64,000 bases of DNA, taken from contig CAYRFX010000002.1 of the NCBI GenBank assembly GCA_964423665.1, positions 4,245 to 68,244 of the forward strand, in the 5' to 3' direction. Position 1 is the first letter of the stretch. Each line of letters opens with the position of its first letter. The position numbers and the translations under genes are program-made. Below, one piece after another: positions 9,298 through 18,875 of the stretch. Origin of the DNA: an uncultured Bacteroidaceae bacterium (GTDB lineage Bacteria; Bacteroidota; Bacteroidia; Bacteroidales; Bacteroidaceae). The notes beneath the pieces were generated by a model. That model was not told the origin of the DNA. It worked only from the letters and a program-made list of their open reading frames with translations, and searched no databases.

Positions 9298-10941
9298 TCA
9301 ATAGGTGAAGGTGCTGCCACCCAAAAATTCACGTATAACCGAGGTGGGCGGCAATATATTCTCCTGCAAAGGTACAATATAATCCAAAAAACGCAATAGC
9401 CTGCGGGCAACAGAATATTCGCGACAACTCTGAGGAACAGCACGTAGCATCGGTTCCGCCTGAGCCTTGAACGCCGCAAGTTCATAAAAAAGCGAGGAGT
9501 TGAACATCACATCGGCATTCTCCTGATAGGGGAAAATCCACTCCTCTTCGCCCTCGCGCACGCTGGGCCAGCGGCTTATAGTCTCTATTGCCGAATATCC
9601 GCGATACTTTGCATCGCGCACCATGCGGCGCAGTAAACGCGTATCGGATGTGGATATATAATTATGATAGTCGAGTTTCATTGATGTGAGTGCCGAGACA
9701 TATATGCGGAACTTATCACTATCGGGTACCTGCTGTGTGAGCATTGGATTCAACCCATGGGTGCCCTCTATCACAAGCACCATCTGAGGGGTAAGCTTCA
9801 CCTTGTTGCCATGATATTCGCGTTTGCCGGTAACAAAATTATAATATGGCAACTCCACCTCCTCGCCGGCAAGAATCCTTGTGAGAGACTCGTTGAAATA
9901 TGGGAGGTCTATCGAATGAATCGATTCAAAATCATAATCTCCATTGGGCTTGCGCGGTGTAATAACTCTATCAACAAAGAAATCGTCGAGAGATATTGCA
10001 TGGGGCTTGAGCCCGCATGCCATAAGATGCACGCTGAGCCGCTTACTCGATGTAGTTTTTCCCGACGAAGAGGGACCGGCAATGAGCACCACGCGCGCAC
10101 CGCGTCTTTTTATCTCATCTGCCATGGCAGAAAAGCGTTTCTCCTGCAACGCTTCGGCTATATTAACCAAATCTACCTCGTGCCCCGTGTTTACAGCAAG
10201 ATTAAAATCGCCTATAGTCTCAACACCCATTATCTGATGCCAATGCAAGCGTTCCTCGAAACGCTCCTGCAACTTCTCCTGCGGCACTTTATCCTCGAGA
10301 GTTGTGGGGCACTCCTTGTCGGGGATGCGCAACAGCACACCCTCGGCAAATTTTTCTATCTCAAAGAGCTTTATATATCCCGTGCTGGGGAGAAGCCCCT
10401 CGTAATAGTGGTCTATATAATCTCCCAATTTATAATAGCTTGTATAGAGATACTTATAGGTTTTCAAAAGACGCACACGATCTATGCGCCCAAGCCTCTC
10501 AAAGACCTCGATAGCCTCGGAGGTGTGGCAATCGACACGATGAAAAGGTATATCCTCGGCAATGATAAGGCGCATGCGCTCACGCACTTGAGCAACCTGT
10601 TCCTCGCTCAGTTCCGTGTCCATACGGCAATAATATCCTTTTGAGATAGGGTTTTCAAAACGCACCACCCTGCCGGGGAAAAGGTCGTTCAAAGCCTTCA
10701 TCATTACAAAAGTGAGGGAGCGCACATAAACACGCATGCCATCATCGGAGGTGAGGTCGAGAAACTCCACATCCTTGTGATTATAGACCCTGAAATTCAG
10801 CCCCTCAATTTCGTTGTTCACGCGGGCTGCCACAGTTTCATAGGGGAGATTCAAATTAAACTCCTTACAGGCTTCACGCACGGTTATACCCGACTGAAAA
10901 GTCTTTGTCTCGCCATTGTTCACACAGAATATCTTTACCAT
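9298..10941 (-). CDS. TGS-like domain plus P-loop nucleoside (uridine) kinase-family protein
   Basis: P-loop IAGPSSSGKTTSSKRL in the middle of the protein and a ubiquitin-like/TGS-like N-terminus (MVKIFCVNNGETKTF). The specific substrate is not inferable from sequence. Confidence 0.75.
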   Translation of the reverse strand: MVKIFCVNNGETKTFQSGITVREACKEFNLNLPYETVAARVNNEIEGLNFRVYNHKDVEFLDLTSDDGMRVYVRSLTFVMMKALNDLFPGRVVRFENPISKGYYCRMDTELSEEQVAQVRERMRLIIAEDIPFHRVDCHTSEAIEVFERLGRIDRVRLLKTYKYLYTSYYKLGDYIDHYYEGLLPSTGYIKLFEIEKFAEGVLLRIPDKECPTTLEDKVPQEKLQERFEERLHWHQIMGVETIGDFNLAVNTGHEVDLVNIAEALQEKRFSAMADEIKRRGARVVLIAGPSSSGKTTSSKRLSVHLMACGLKPHAISLDDFFVDRVITPRKPNGDYDFESIHSIDLPYFNESLTRILAGEEVELPYYNFVTGKREYHGNKVKLTPQMVLVIEGTHGLNPMLTQQVPDSDKFRIYVSALTSMKLDYHNYISTSDTRLLRRMVRDAKYRGYSAIETISRWPSVREGEEEWIFPYQENADVMFNSSLFYELAAFKAQAEPMLRAVPQSCREYSVARRLLRFLDYIVPLQENILPPTSVIREFLGGSTFTY

Positions 10942-11076
10942 AGCCACAAATCTTTACAAACTATCATTAAGCGCGAAGTTAAACAGAATTTATCAGCATG
11001 CAACAGCAAAAGAGACTATTTTTATAATTTTATAATTTATTTGCAATTTGTTGTTTGCAGCAATAAAACATTATGC

Positions 11077-11084
11077 TAATTTTG
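11077..11084 (+). promoter_or_regulatory. Candidate -7 box (TAATTTTG) for the ATPase/DUF4435 pair
   Basis: Exact TAnnTTTG, with TTTG motifs 20-30 nt upstream (11047-11057), 56 nt before the ATG at 11140. Confidence 0.4.
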
Positions 11085-11139
11085 TAAACAGCGGGAGAAA
11101 GACTCCCTCTCTGTTTCCGTATGTTATAAAAGAGATATT

Positions 11140-11964
11140 ATGGAAAAACTTGGGCAATATATAAAAAGCATTGAGATTGATTCCCTGTGGGCAAAGCGCA
11201 AACATATATACTGGAAATTGCGCCCCGATGTAAACATTCTGAGCGGCAGCAACGGAATGGGAAAAAGCACAATCATAAACAGGTCGGCACGCCATTTGGA
11301 TATAATGCGCGAAGGACGGCTCACAACGAATCCCGAGAACGGAGTGCACATAACATTCTACCCCGAAGATGCCACAAGCATTGCTTTTGACGTTATAAGC
11401 AGCATCGACCGCCCGATTCTGCGCGGGGACCTGCTCGACAAGATTCCCGGTGCCGATATTCGCACCGAGCTCGACTGGCAGCTCTACAACTTGCAACGCC
11501 GTTATCTCAATTATCAGGTAAACATAGGCAACAAAATTATCGCATTGCTCACAAGCGGCAACCCCGAGGACCAAACAGCGGCAGCAGAGCTCACAAAACC
11601 CAAAAAAGTATTTCAGGACCTTGTAGATGAACTGTTCACCGCAACGGCAAAAACCATAAACCGCACAAGCAACGAGATTTTCTTTGAACAATATGGCGAA
11701 ACACTCTCGCCATACATGCTCTCCTCGGGCGAGAAACAGATACTTGTGATAATGCTCACCGCGTTGGTACAAGAGAACAGGCACTGCGTTATGCTCATGG
11801 ACGAGCCCGAGATATCGTTGCACATTGAATGGCAACAGAGACTTGTGAACATCATACGCACACTGAACCCCAATGCACAGATAATCCTTTGCACCCACTC
11901 ACCGGCAATAATAATGGACGGCTGGGCCGACGCAGTAATGGAGATGGAAGAGATTACCATATAA
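11140..11964 (+). CDS. Soluble ABC/SMC-type (AAA_21-like) ATPase, AriA-like
   Basis: 274 aa. Walker A GSNGMGKST (aa 36-44), ABC signature LSSGEKQ, Walker B/D-loop VMLMDEPEISLH, H-loop CTHSP. There are no transmembrane segments and no permease neighbour. Confidence 0.85.
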   Translation: MEKLGQYIKSIEIDSLWAKRKHIYWKLRPDVNILSGSNGMGKSTIINRSARHLDIMREGRLTTNPENGVHITFYPEDATSIAFDVISSIDRPILRGDLLDKIPGADIRTELDWQLYNLQRRYLNYQVNIGNKIIALLTSGNPEDQTAAAELTKPKKVFQDLVDELFTATAKTINRTSNEIFFEQYGETLSPYMLSSGEKQILVIMLTALVQENRHCVMLMDEPEISLHIEWQQRLVNIIRTLNPNAQIILCTHSPAIIMDGWADAVMEMEEITI

Positions 11965-11984
11965 CCACGCATTGCGCAAACACA

Positions 11985-13022
11985 ATGAAAAAACTCACAA
12001 GCTACCTCAATTCCGCTTTCATAGAGGCCGCCAACAAATTACGCCCTAAGAGAGCCAAAAACCGCATAATCGCCTATGTGGAGAGCTACGATGATATCTC
12101 TTTCTGGCGCAACATATTCGAGGAGTTTGAAAATGAGAACTATAAATTCGAGGTAATGTTGCCTGCACGCGGCAAGCTCACAAAAGGGAAAAAACAGGCA
12201 ATGATGAACATGCTGGGCGAGGCAGTGGGACGCAACATGATTGCCTGCGTCGATGCCGATTATGATTACCTCATGCAGGGAACCACGGAGACATCGCGGC
12301 AACTCATAAACAACCCGTATATTCTGCACACATATGCATACGCAATAGAGAATCTCAAATGCTACTCGCAAAGCCTTAAGCAGGTGTGTGTGCAGAGCAC
12401 GCTCAATGATATGAACGTGATGGATATTCCTGCATTCATGAAGCTATACTCGCAGATATGCTACCCGCTGTTTGTATGGAACATTCTATTATACCGCAAG
12501 CACGACCTCAAGACAATGAGCATGCAACGTTTCTGCGAAATTGTCAGGCTCACATCATTCAATATAGAGAACCCGGCAATAGCACTGAAACAATTAGAGG
12601 GACGCGTGAGCCATAACATATCCCTCATGGAGAGACACAAGCCACACCTGTTGCCCGAGTATGAGAATCTGAAAGATGAACTTGCAGCAATGAATATCCT
12701 GCCCGAGGAATGCTACTTCTACATTCAGGGGCATCACATAATGGACAGCGTTGTCATGCGCATTCTCTCCCCCATATGCCGCTATCTGCGGGGCAAGCGC
12801 GAGAGAGAAATTGAGAAGTTTGCATACCATCGCCAGCAATATTCAAACGAGCTGTCATCGTACCGGCACAGCCTGTGCGATGTGGCACTTATGCTGAAGA
12901 AGAACACCAATTACAAAGAGGCCCCGCCATACAAAAGGCTGAGAGCCGACATTGAAAAGCTGTTGCAAACGATAGGAGATGAAGAAGGGGTCGCTACTGA
13001 CGCTTCCAAAAAGCAGGCATAA
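11985..13022 (+). CDS. DUF4435-like / Toprim-like predicted nuclease, AriB-like
   Basis: 346 aa from ATG 11985 (MKKLTSYL), 20 nt after the ATPase stop. Toprim-type acidic motifs are IIAYVESYDD (Glu33, nt 12081-12083) and IACVDADYD (Asp90-x-Asp92, nt 12252-12260). The DUF4435 assignment is from pattern recognition, not a search. Confidence 0.7.
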   Translation: MKKLTSYLNSAFIEAANKLRPKRAKNRIIAYVESYDDISFWRNIFEEFENENYKFEVMLPARGKLTKGKKQAMMNMLGEAVGRNMIACVDADYDYLMQGTTETSRQLINNPYILHTYAYAIENLKCYSQSLKQVCVQSTLNDMNVMDIPAFMKLYSQICYPLFVWNILLYRKHDLKTMSMQRFCEIVRLTSFNIENPAIALKQLEGRVSHNISLMERHKPHLLPEYENLKDELAAMNILPEECYFYIQGHHIMDSVVMRILSPICRYLRGKREREIEKFAYHRQQYSNELSSYRHSLCDVALMLKKNTNYKEAPPYKRLRADIEKLLQTIGDEEGVATDASKKQA

Positions 13023-14448
13023 GCAACAATAGCACAGCAAAGAATTCCAAACGACCAACCAACATCTGGAACGAGCAGAACCATTTTACAACCGCAGGCA
13101 GAGAGGCGAATGAATCCATTGGTCCATAATGCCCCAGCGCAGGCCCCACATTGCTGACAGAGGTTGCCGACAGACCATAGGCATCAAGAAAGTCGAGCCC
13201 AAAAATCATATTCACAAAAATTCCCACAACAATAGTTGCCACATATATAACCGTATATGCCAATATTGCCGACTGCACCGATGTGGGCACAATCTTGCCA
13301 CTCATACGCACGGGAATAACGGCATTTGGGTGCAATATACGCTTGAACTCATTGAACATTACGCGCCCCAGGATTGATATGCGGGCACACTTCATGGCGC
13401 CGCTTGTAGAGCCCGAGCAGGCACCAAGAAACATAAGCGCGCTCAACATAAGCCACAAAATGGGCAACCACAGCACATAATTGGAGGTTGCAAAACCTGT
13501 AGTTGTCTGCATTGAAACAACCTGAAACAGCGAGGTGCGGAAAGCCTCCTCCACCCCCATTGACGAAGAGAAGAAGAGACCGGCGGCTATTATTACCGTA
13601 AAAAGCAACACCGACCCGGCATATACACGAAACTCACTATCACGGAACAAATCCCCGAAACGAGCCTTGAAGAGGAAGAGATAGAGCAACGACAAGTTCA
13701 CTCCGCCAAGGAACATAAAAAGAGTAACCACATAATCAATGAGCGGAGAATTAAATGCCGCGATGCTCGCCTGCTTGGTGGAGAAGCCACCCGTGGCAAT
13801 AGTGGACATTGCATGACACACAGCATCGAACTTGCCCATTCCTGCAAAATAAAACGAAACGGTTGCTATGATTGTGAGCCCCACATATATAGAAAGAATC
13901 CATCGCGCTGCAACCGATATTCGGGGGTGCAGCTTAGCACGCATAGGCCCCACAGACTCGGCAGCAAAGAGGTTTATATCCCCTAACCCAAAGACCGGGA
14001 AAACCGCAACGGTGAAAAAGACTATACCCAAGCCACCTACCCAATGTGTCATCGCACGCCAAAAGAGAAGGCTGTGCGGGAGAGCCTCGATATCGTTGAG
14101 AACAGTGGCTCCCGTGGTGGAGAAGCCCGACATTGTCTCAAAGAAAGCATCTGTTACAGAGGGGAGGCAGCCGCTGAGATAATAGGGAGCCGCACCAAAG
14201 AAAGAGAATATTATCCAGCAAAGAGTAACAACGATATAGCCGTCCTTGCGCGACACATTGCGCTCTTTACCACGCCCTATGTAGGTGAGAAGCGATCCCG
14301 TGCCCACCATTGCGGCAATACTGTAAATATATGTCCCAAGGTCTGTCTCATGATAGAACAACGCTACCATAAGACCGGTTAAAAGGAACGCCGCTTCAAT
14401 GAGCAGCAACATTCCAATAATGCGGGATATGATTTTGGGGTGAAACAT
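12994..14448 (-). CDS. trkH: Trk-type potassium uptake membrane subunit
   Basis: Polytopic membrane protein of about 484 aa with repeated pore-like segments (SGFSTTGAT, ATGGFST, MQTTTGFAT, SNVGPALG). The start ATG at 14448 shares 1 nt with the trkA stop. Confidence 0.9.
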   Translation of the reverse strand: MFHPKIISRIIGMLLLIEAAFLLTGLMVALFYHETDLGTYIYSIAAMVGTGSLLTYIGRGKERNVSRKDGYIVVTLCWIIFSFFGAAPYYLSGCLPSVTDAFFETMSGFSTTGATVLNDIEALPHSLLFWRAMTHWVGGLGIVFFTVAVFPVFGLGDINLFAAESVGPMRAKLHPRISVAARWILSIYVGLTIIATVSFYFAGMGKFDAVCHAMSTIATGGFSTKQASIAAFNSPLIDYVVTLFMFLGGVNLSLLYLFLFKARFGDLFRDSEFRVYAGSVLLFTVIIAAGLFFSSSMGVEEAFRTSLFQVVSMQTTTGFATSNYVLWLPILWLMLSALMFLGACSGSTSGAMKCARISILGRVMFNEFKRILHPNAVIPVRMSGKIVPTSVQSAILAYTVIYVATIVVGIFVNMIFGLDFLDAYGLSATSVSNVGPALGHYGPMDSFASLPAVVKWFCSFQMLVGRLEFFAVLLLLMPAFWKRQ

Positions 14449-15785
14449 CACTCAAAAAATTTTTCCAACTTCTTTATCACATGTTCCAGGCAGAAGATAA
14501 TCACATGGTCATCGGCTTGAATAACGGTATTACCTGTAACGTGCATACCCTCGCCGTTTCGTATAAGACCACCGATATTGGCGCCCGAGGGCAACTGCAA
14601 GTCCTTCACTGCCTTTTTGGTTATGGGAGCCCCCTCTTTCACAGGGAACTCCACGACAACAGCCTGAATGAAAGTGAGACACTTGACGCTTGATACATCG
14701 GTATTCAGCATCATCTGGAAGATATTGCTTGCCGCCAGTTTCTTCTTGTTTATAACCGAACCGATGTCCATATTTTCTGCCATGGAGATATAATCGATAT
14801 TCTCAATCTCGGCAACGGTACGATACACGCCCGAACGTTTTGCCGAGAGGCAGGCAAGAATGTTTGTTTCAGAATTATCGCTCAACGCAATAAAGGCATC
14901 GGTGTGCTCAACACCCTCGCTGCGCAACAGCTCGGGGTCGCGTGCATCACCATTTATTATCATCACCTTGTCATCGACAAGCTCAAGCAATTTGCGGCAA
15001 CGCGCAAGGTCGCTCTCAATTATTTTAACCTTTATATTATCGGGGATAAGCTTTGTCGTGCGCACCGCTATGCGGCTGCCGCCCATAATTATAATGCTGC
15101 GCACTTCCGTGAACTCCGACTTTCCGCACATGTTGCGCACAAAAGGAATTTTATCCTTCACCGTCATGAAACAGACAAGGTCATCGGGCTCTATCGAATC
15201 GTTTCCGCGAGGTATAATGGTTTCATCGCCACGCTGTATTGCCACTATATGATAAGGAGTGTTGCTGGGAAAATCCTTGAAGAGTGTACCCAATATGGGA
15301 GCTCCTGTACGCACCTTCACGCCCACCATAACCAATGCCCCATCGCCAAATTCAAGGAACTGCCTCATCCAGCAATATTTTATGCTGGTGGCAATCTCTT
15401 CGGCAGCAAGCTGCTCGGGGTAAATGAGAGAGTCTATGCCCAACGAGGCAAAATAGCCTTTATGTTTGGGTTGCAGATACTCATAATTATCTATTCGTGC
15501 CACGGTTTTCCGCGCACCAAGATAATGAGCAAGTATGCAAGCAGTTACATTATCGCTCTCATTGGGGGTAACCGCAACGAAGAGGTCGGCATCATCAACG
15601 CCGGCAAGTTTAAGGTCGGAAATTTTGGTAGGCTGCCCCACTTGGGCTTTGAGGTCGAAGAGAGTTTCCATTTTACCCAACTTCTCCTCGCTTTCGTCCA
15701 TAAGCACCACATTTTCGTTACCTACGGAGAGCATCTTTGCCAAATGCGTACCAACTGCACCTGCGCCGGCTATAACAATTTTCAT
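14448..15785 (-). CDS. trkA: Trk system NAD-binding subunit
   Basis: 445 aa with a duplicated Rossmann/RCK architecture (MKIVIAGAGAVGTHLA; IIIMGGSRIAVRT). Confidence 0.9.
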   Translation of the reverse strand: MKIVIAGAGAVGTHLAKMLSVGNENVVLMDESEEKLGKMETLFDLKAQVGQPTKISDLKLAGVDDADLFVAVTPNESDNVTACILAHYLGARKTVARIDNYEYLQPKHKGYFASLGIDSLIYPEQLAAEEIATSIKYCWMRQFLEFGDGALVMVGVKVRTGAPILGTLFKDFPSNTPYHIVAIQRGDETIIPRGNDSIEPDDLVCFMTVKDKIPFVRNMCGKSEFTEVRSIIIMGGSRIAVRTTKLIPDNIKVKIIESDLARCRKLLELVDDKVMIINGDARDPELLRSEGVEHTDAFIALSDNSETNILACLSAKRSGVYRTVAEIENIDYISMAENMDIGSVINKKKLAASNIFQMMLNTDVSSVKCLTFIQAVVVEFPVKEGAPITKKAVKDLQLPSGANIGGLIRNGEGMHVTGNTVIQADDHVIIFCLEHVIKKLEKFFE

Positions 15786-15786
15786 A

Positions 15787-17691
15787 CTATTGTTTTTTGA
15801 ACTTCAAAATTGCATGCAAAACAGAATCGCTATCCATAGAGCATTTTTTATAAAGCTCTGATGTTGTTCCATGCTCAACAAACACATCGGGAATACCTAT
15901 TGTTGTAATTTGTGGAGTATAACCATGCTCTGCCATATATTCTGTAACAGCACTGCCAAGACCACCTTTGACCACACCATCTTCAAGAGTAACCACATAC
16001 TTGAAGTTCTCGCCTACCGTGCGCAAGATATCCTCATCAACAGGTTTGAGGAAACGCATGTCATAATGCGCCACACTCACCCCTTGCTCGCGAGCGGCAG
16101 AGATTGCACTCTCCACCAGCTTCCCGATGGGACCCAATGTGAGCAGCGCCACATCACTACCCTCCTGCATCAGGCGTCCCTTACCAACAGGCACACTCTC
16201 CAATGGGCAACGCCAATCGGCAAGAGAACCTTTACCGCGCGGGTAACGTATCACAAATGTACCCATGCCGGGCAGTTGTGCGGTGTACATGAGACGACGC
16301 AACTCGCACTCATCGTAGGGAGAGGCTATTGTTATATTTGGTATGGGGCGCAGATAAGCAAGGTCGAACGCTCCGTGATGCGTGGGACCATCTTCACCCA
16401 CAATACCGGCTCTGTCGAGGCACAACACCATATTAACACGCTGCAAGGCTGCATCGTGTATGAGATTATCATATGCTCGCTGCATGAATGACGAGTAGAT
16501 ATTACAGAAGGGCATTGAACCGCCTTTTGCCAAACCTGCCGAGAAGGTAACAGCATGCCCCTCGGCTATACCCACATCAAAGAAACGATGGGGCATCTCG
16601 TTCATCAAAAGATTCATGGAGCAACCTGTGGGCATTGCCGGTGTGATTCCCACAACTTTGTCGTTGAGACGCGCCAGCTCCACAAGAGTTTCTCCAAAGA
16701 CATCTTGGAAACGAGGAGTGGGGCTATCCTTTACAAGACGCTCGCCGGTCTCAATATCAAACAGACCCGGCTGATGCCACACGGTAGGAGTCTTTTCGGC
16801 AGGTTCATACCCCTTGCCCTTGACTGTGTTTATATGCAGCATCTTGGGCCCCTTCATATCTTTCACCATCTGCAGCATGCGCACAAGCTCGCGCACATCG
16901 TGCCCGTTTATGGGACCGAAATAACGAGCCGCCATCACCTCAAAGATATTGTGGCGACGGAAAAGCATAGCCTTTATACCATTGTTGAAACGGGTTATCA
17001 CCCCGGCACGGCGTTTGTTAAGCAATCCGAGGCCTGTGAGAGCACGGGCTATTTTGTAGCGCATCTTGTTGTAGAAACGCGAAGAGTGCATGGTAATGAG
17101 CAACTGGCTGAGACCACCCACACTCTTGTCTATCGACATATTGTTGTCGTTGAGAATTACCAAGAGATTGTTCTCGCAATTTGAGAGATTGTTCAACCCT
17201 TCGAATGCGAGACCACCGCTCATGGAGCCGTCGCCTATGATTGCCACCACATGTTCATTGGGATTATTCTGCAACGCTGCCGACACGGCAAGACCAAGCG
17301 CAGCTGATATTGAGTTGGAGGCATGCCCTGCCATAAAAGCATCATATTCACTCTCATCGGGCGAGGGAAAAGGTTTCACACCACCCAATTTGCGGTTGGT
17401 GCAAAACACGTCGCGACGCCCTGTGAGTATCTTATGACCATATGCCTGATGCCCCACATCCCACACAAGTTTGTCCGAAGGGGTGTCGAACACATAGTGC
17501 AAAGCCACCGTGAGTTCAACAGAACCAAGGCTCGATGCAAAGTGCCCGGGATTTGTGGAGCACGATTCTATGATAAAATCTCTCAATTCCCGGCACACCT
17601 CCGGCAGCTTATCTTCGGGCAATGCACGCAGGTCGGCAGGAGAATCAATCTTCCCCAAAAGAGGATATTTTATATCATTTTCTTTTTCCAT
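15787..17691 (-). CDS. dxs: 1-deoxy-D-xylulose-5-phosphate synthase
   Basis: [22 protein letters not shown], thiamine-diphosphate motif [17 protein letters not shown]. Start at ATG 17691 ([12 protein letters not shown]). The stop lies 1 nt before the trkA start. Confidence 0.95.
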   Translation of the reverse strand: MEKENDIKYPLLGKIDSPADLRALPEDKLPEVCRELRDFIIESCSTNPGHFASSLGSVELTVALHYVFDTPSDKLVWDVGHQAYGHKILTGRRDVFCTNRKLGGVKPFPSPDESEYDAFMAGHASNSISAALGLAVSAALQNNPNEHVVAIIGDGSMSGGLAFEGLNNLSNCENNLLVILNDNNMSIDKSVGGLSQLLITMHSSRFYNKMRYKIARALTGLGLLNKRRAGVITRFNNGIKAMLFRRHNIFEVMAARYFGPINGHDVRELVRMLQMVKDMKGPKMLHINTVKGKGYEPAEKTPTVWHQPGLFDIETGERLVKDSPTPRFQDVFGETLVELARLNDKVVGITPAMPTGCSMNLLMNEMPHRFFDVGIAEGHAVTFSAGLAKGGSMPFCNIYSSFMQRAYDNLIHDAALQRVNMVLCLDRAGIVGEDGPTHHGAFDLAYLRPIPNITIASPYDECELRRLMYTAQLPGMGTFVIRYPRGKGSLADWRCPLESVPVGKGRLMQEGSDVALLTLGPIGKLVESAISAAREQGVSVAHYDMRFLKPVDEDILRTVGENFKYVVTLEDGVVKGGLGSAVTEYMAEHGYTPQITTIGIPDVFVEHGTTSELYKKCSMDSDSVLHAILKFKKQ

Positions 17692-17854
17692 ATTCTTTTG
17701 ATAGCAGTTTGCCAATGATAAAGATAAAGGTTAAAATGTAAAAAAACAATTTTTACACACTTTTTTACACGAAAGCGCGCCTAAAGGGCGTTCCTTTTCC
17801 TTATTCTTATAAATATTTTGTGTGCAAAGATAAGCATTTATCGTTTAACTTCAT

Positions 17855-17862
17855 TAAATTTG
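17855..17862 (+). promoter_or_regulatory. Candidate -7 box (TAAATTTG) for the GSCFA / murF-alr operon
   Basis: Exact TAnnTTTG 18 nt upstream of the ATG at 17880. Confidence 0.4.
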
Positions 17863-17879
17863 CAATAAATTAGAAAGCC

Positions 17880-18875
17880 ATGCAACTGACCACTCCGGTA
17901 GCGCCACAGAACAGCAATTTTGAAATTACGCACAAAAGCATCATGCTGCTTTTGGGCTCATGCTTTGCGCAAAACATCGGGCACAGATTGCAGGCCGGCA
18001 AATTCGATGTGTGCATAAACCCGTTCGGGATAATTTACAACCCGCTATCAATAGCAACAATACTGGAACGAATTATAAACGGGAAGGAGTTCACAGAAAG
18101 TTCTCCCGAGATTTTCGAGCACGGGGAAAAATGGCACAGCATACTGCATCACGGCGATTTTTCGCGCAAGACAAAGGAAGAGTTGCTCGCCGCCATTAAC
18201 ACGGCTTTGGGAGATGCACACCGGCGCATTACCAACACAGACATTCTCATTATAACATTCGGCACGGCTTATGTTTACACCCGTAAAAGCGACGGGCTCA
18301 CTACAAGCAACTGCCATAAATTACCGGCAAGCTGTTTCGAGCGCAGATTGTTGAGTATCGGAGAAATTACAGAGGCGATGAGCAACGTGCTCACCCCTAT
18401 AACGACAGCCTGCCCCGATATAAAAATAATATTTACGGTGAGCCCCATAAGACACCTGCGCGACGGGGCACACGACAACCAGATGAGCAAAGCCACGCTG
18501 CTGCTTGCAGCAGAACAGTTGCAGAAACTTTACAGGCACAACACCGTGTATTTCCCTGCATACGAAATTATGCTCGACGAGTTGCGCGACTATCGGTTTT
18601 ATGCCGAGGACATGACCCATCCCTCACCTCTGGCAGTGGAATATATATGGCAGAAGTTTTCCGGCACATACATAAGCGACAGCAGCCACACCCTGTGCAA
18701 GGCAATAGAAGAGATTGACCGCGCGCTCGCACACAGACCTTTTGATGCCGGGAGCAACGCATACAAGGAGTTTGTGCGCGCCACACTAAAAAAGATTGAC
18801 GCCATAGAGGCGCAACACCCTCACCTTCATTTTGAAAAAGAGAGAGAACAATGCAATACACTATTGAACAGATAA
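17880..18875 (+). CDS. GSCFA-family protein
   Basis: Literal GSCFA motif (LLLGSCFAQNIG) near the N-terminus; 331 aa. Confidence 0.85.
   Translation: MQLTTPVAPQNSNFEITHKSIMLLLGSCFAQNIGHRLQAGKFDVCINPFGIIYNPLSIATILERIINGKEFTESSPEIFEHGEKWHSILHHGDFSRKTKEELLAAINTALGDAHRRITNTDILIITFGTAYVYTRKSDGLTTSNCHKLPASCFERRLLSIGEITEAMSNVLTPITTACPDIKIIFTVSPIRHLRDGAHDNQMSKATLLLAAEQLQKLYRHNTVYFPAYEIMLDELRDYRFYAEDMTHPSPLAVEYIWQKFSGTYISDSSHTLCKAIEEIDRALAHRPFDAGSNAYKEFVRATLKKIDAIEAQHPHLHFEKEREQCNTLLNR

Noticed and set aside
11071-11898. 275-aa minus-strand ORF almost exactly antisense to the ABC ATPase gene
   Set aside because: The translation is Cys-rich and lacks motifs, while the plus-strand frame carries a complete Walker A / signature / Walker B / H-loop set. 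I treat it as a shadow ORF and not as an overlapping antitoxin-type gene. Ribosome profiling would be needed to exclude that completely.
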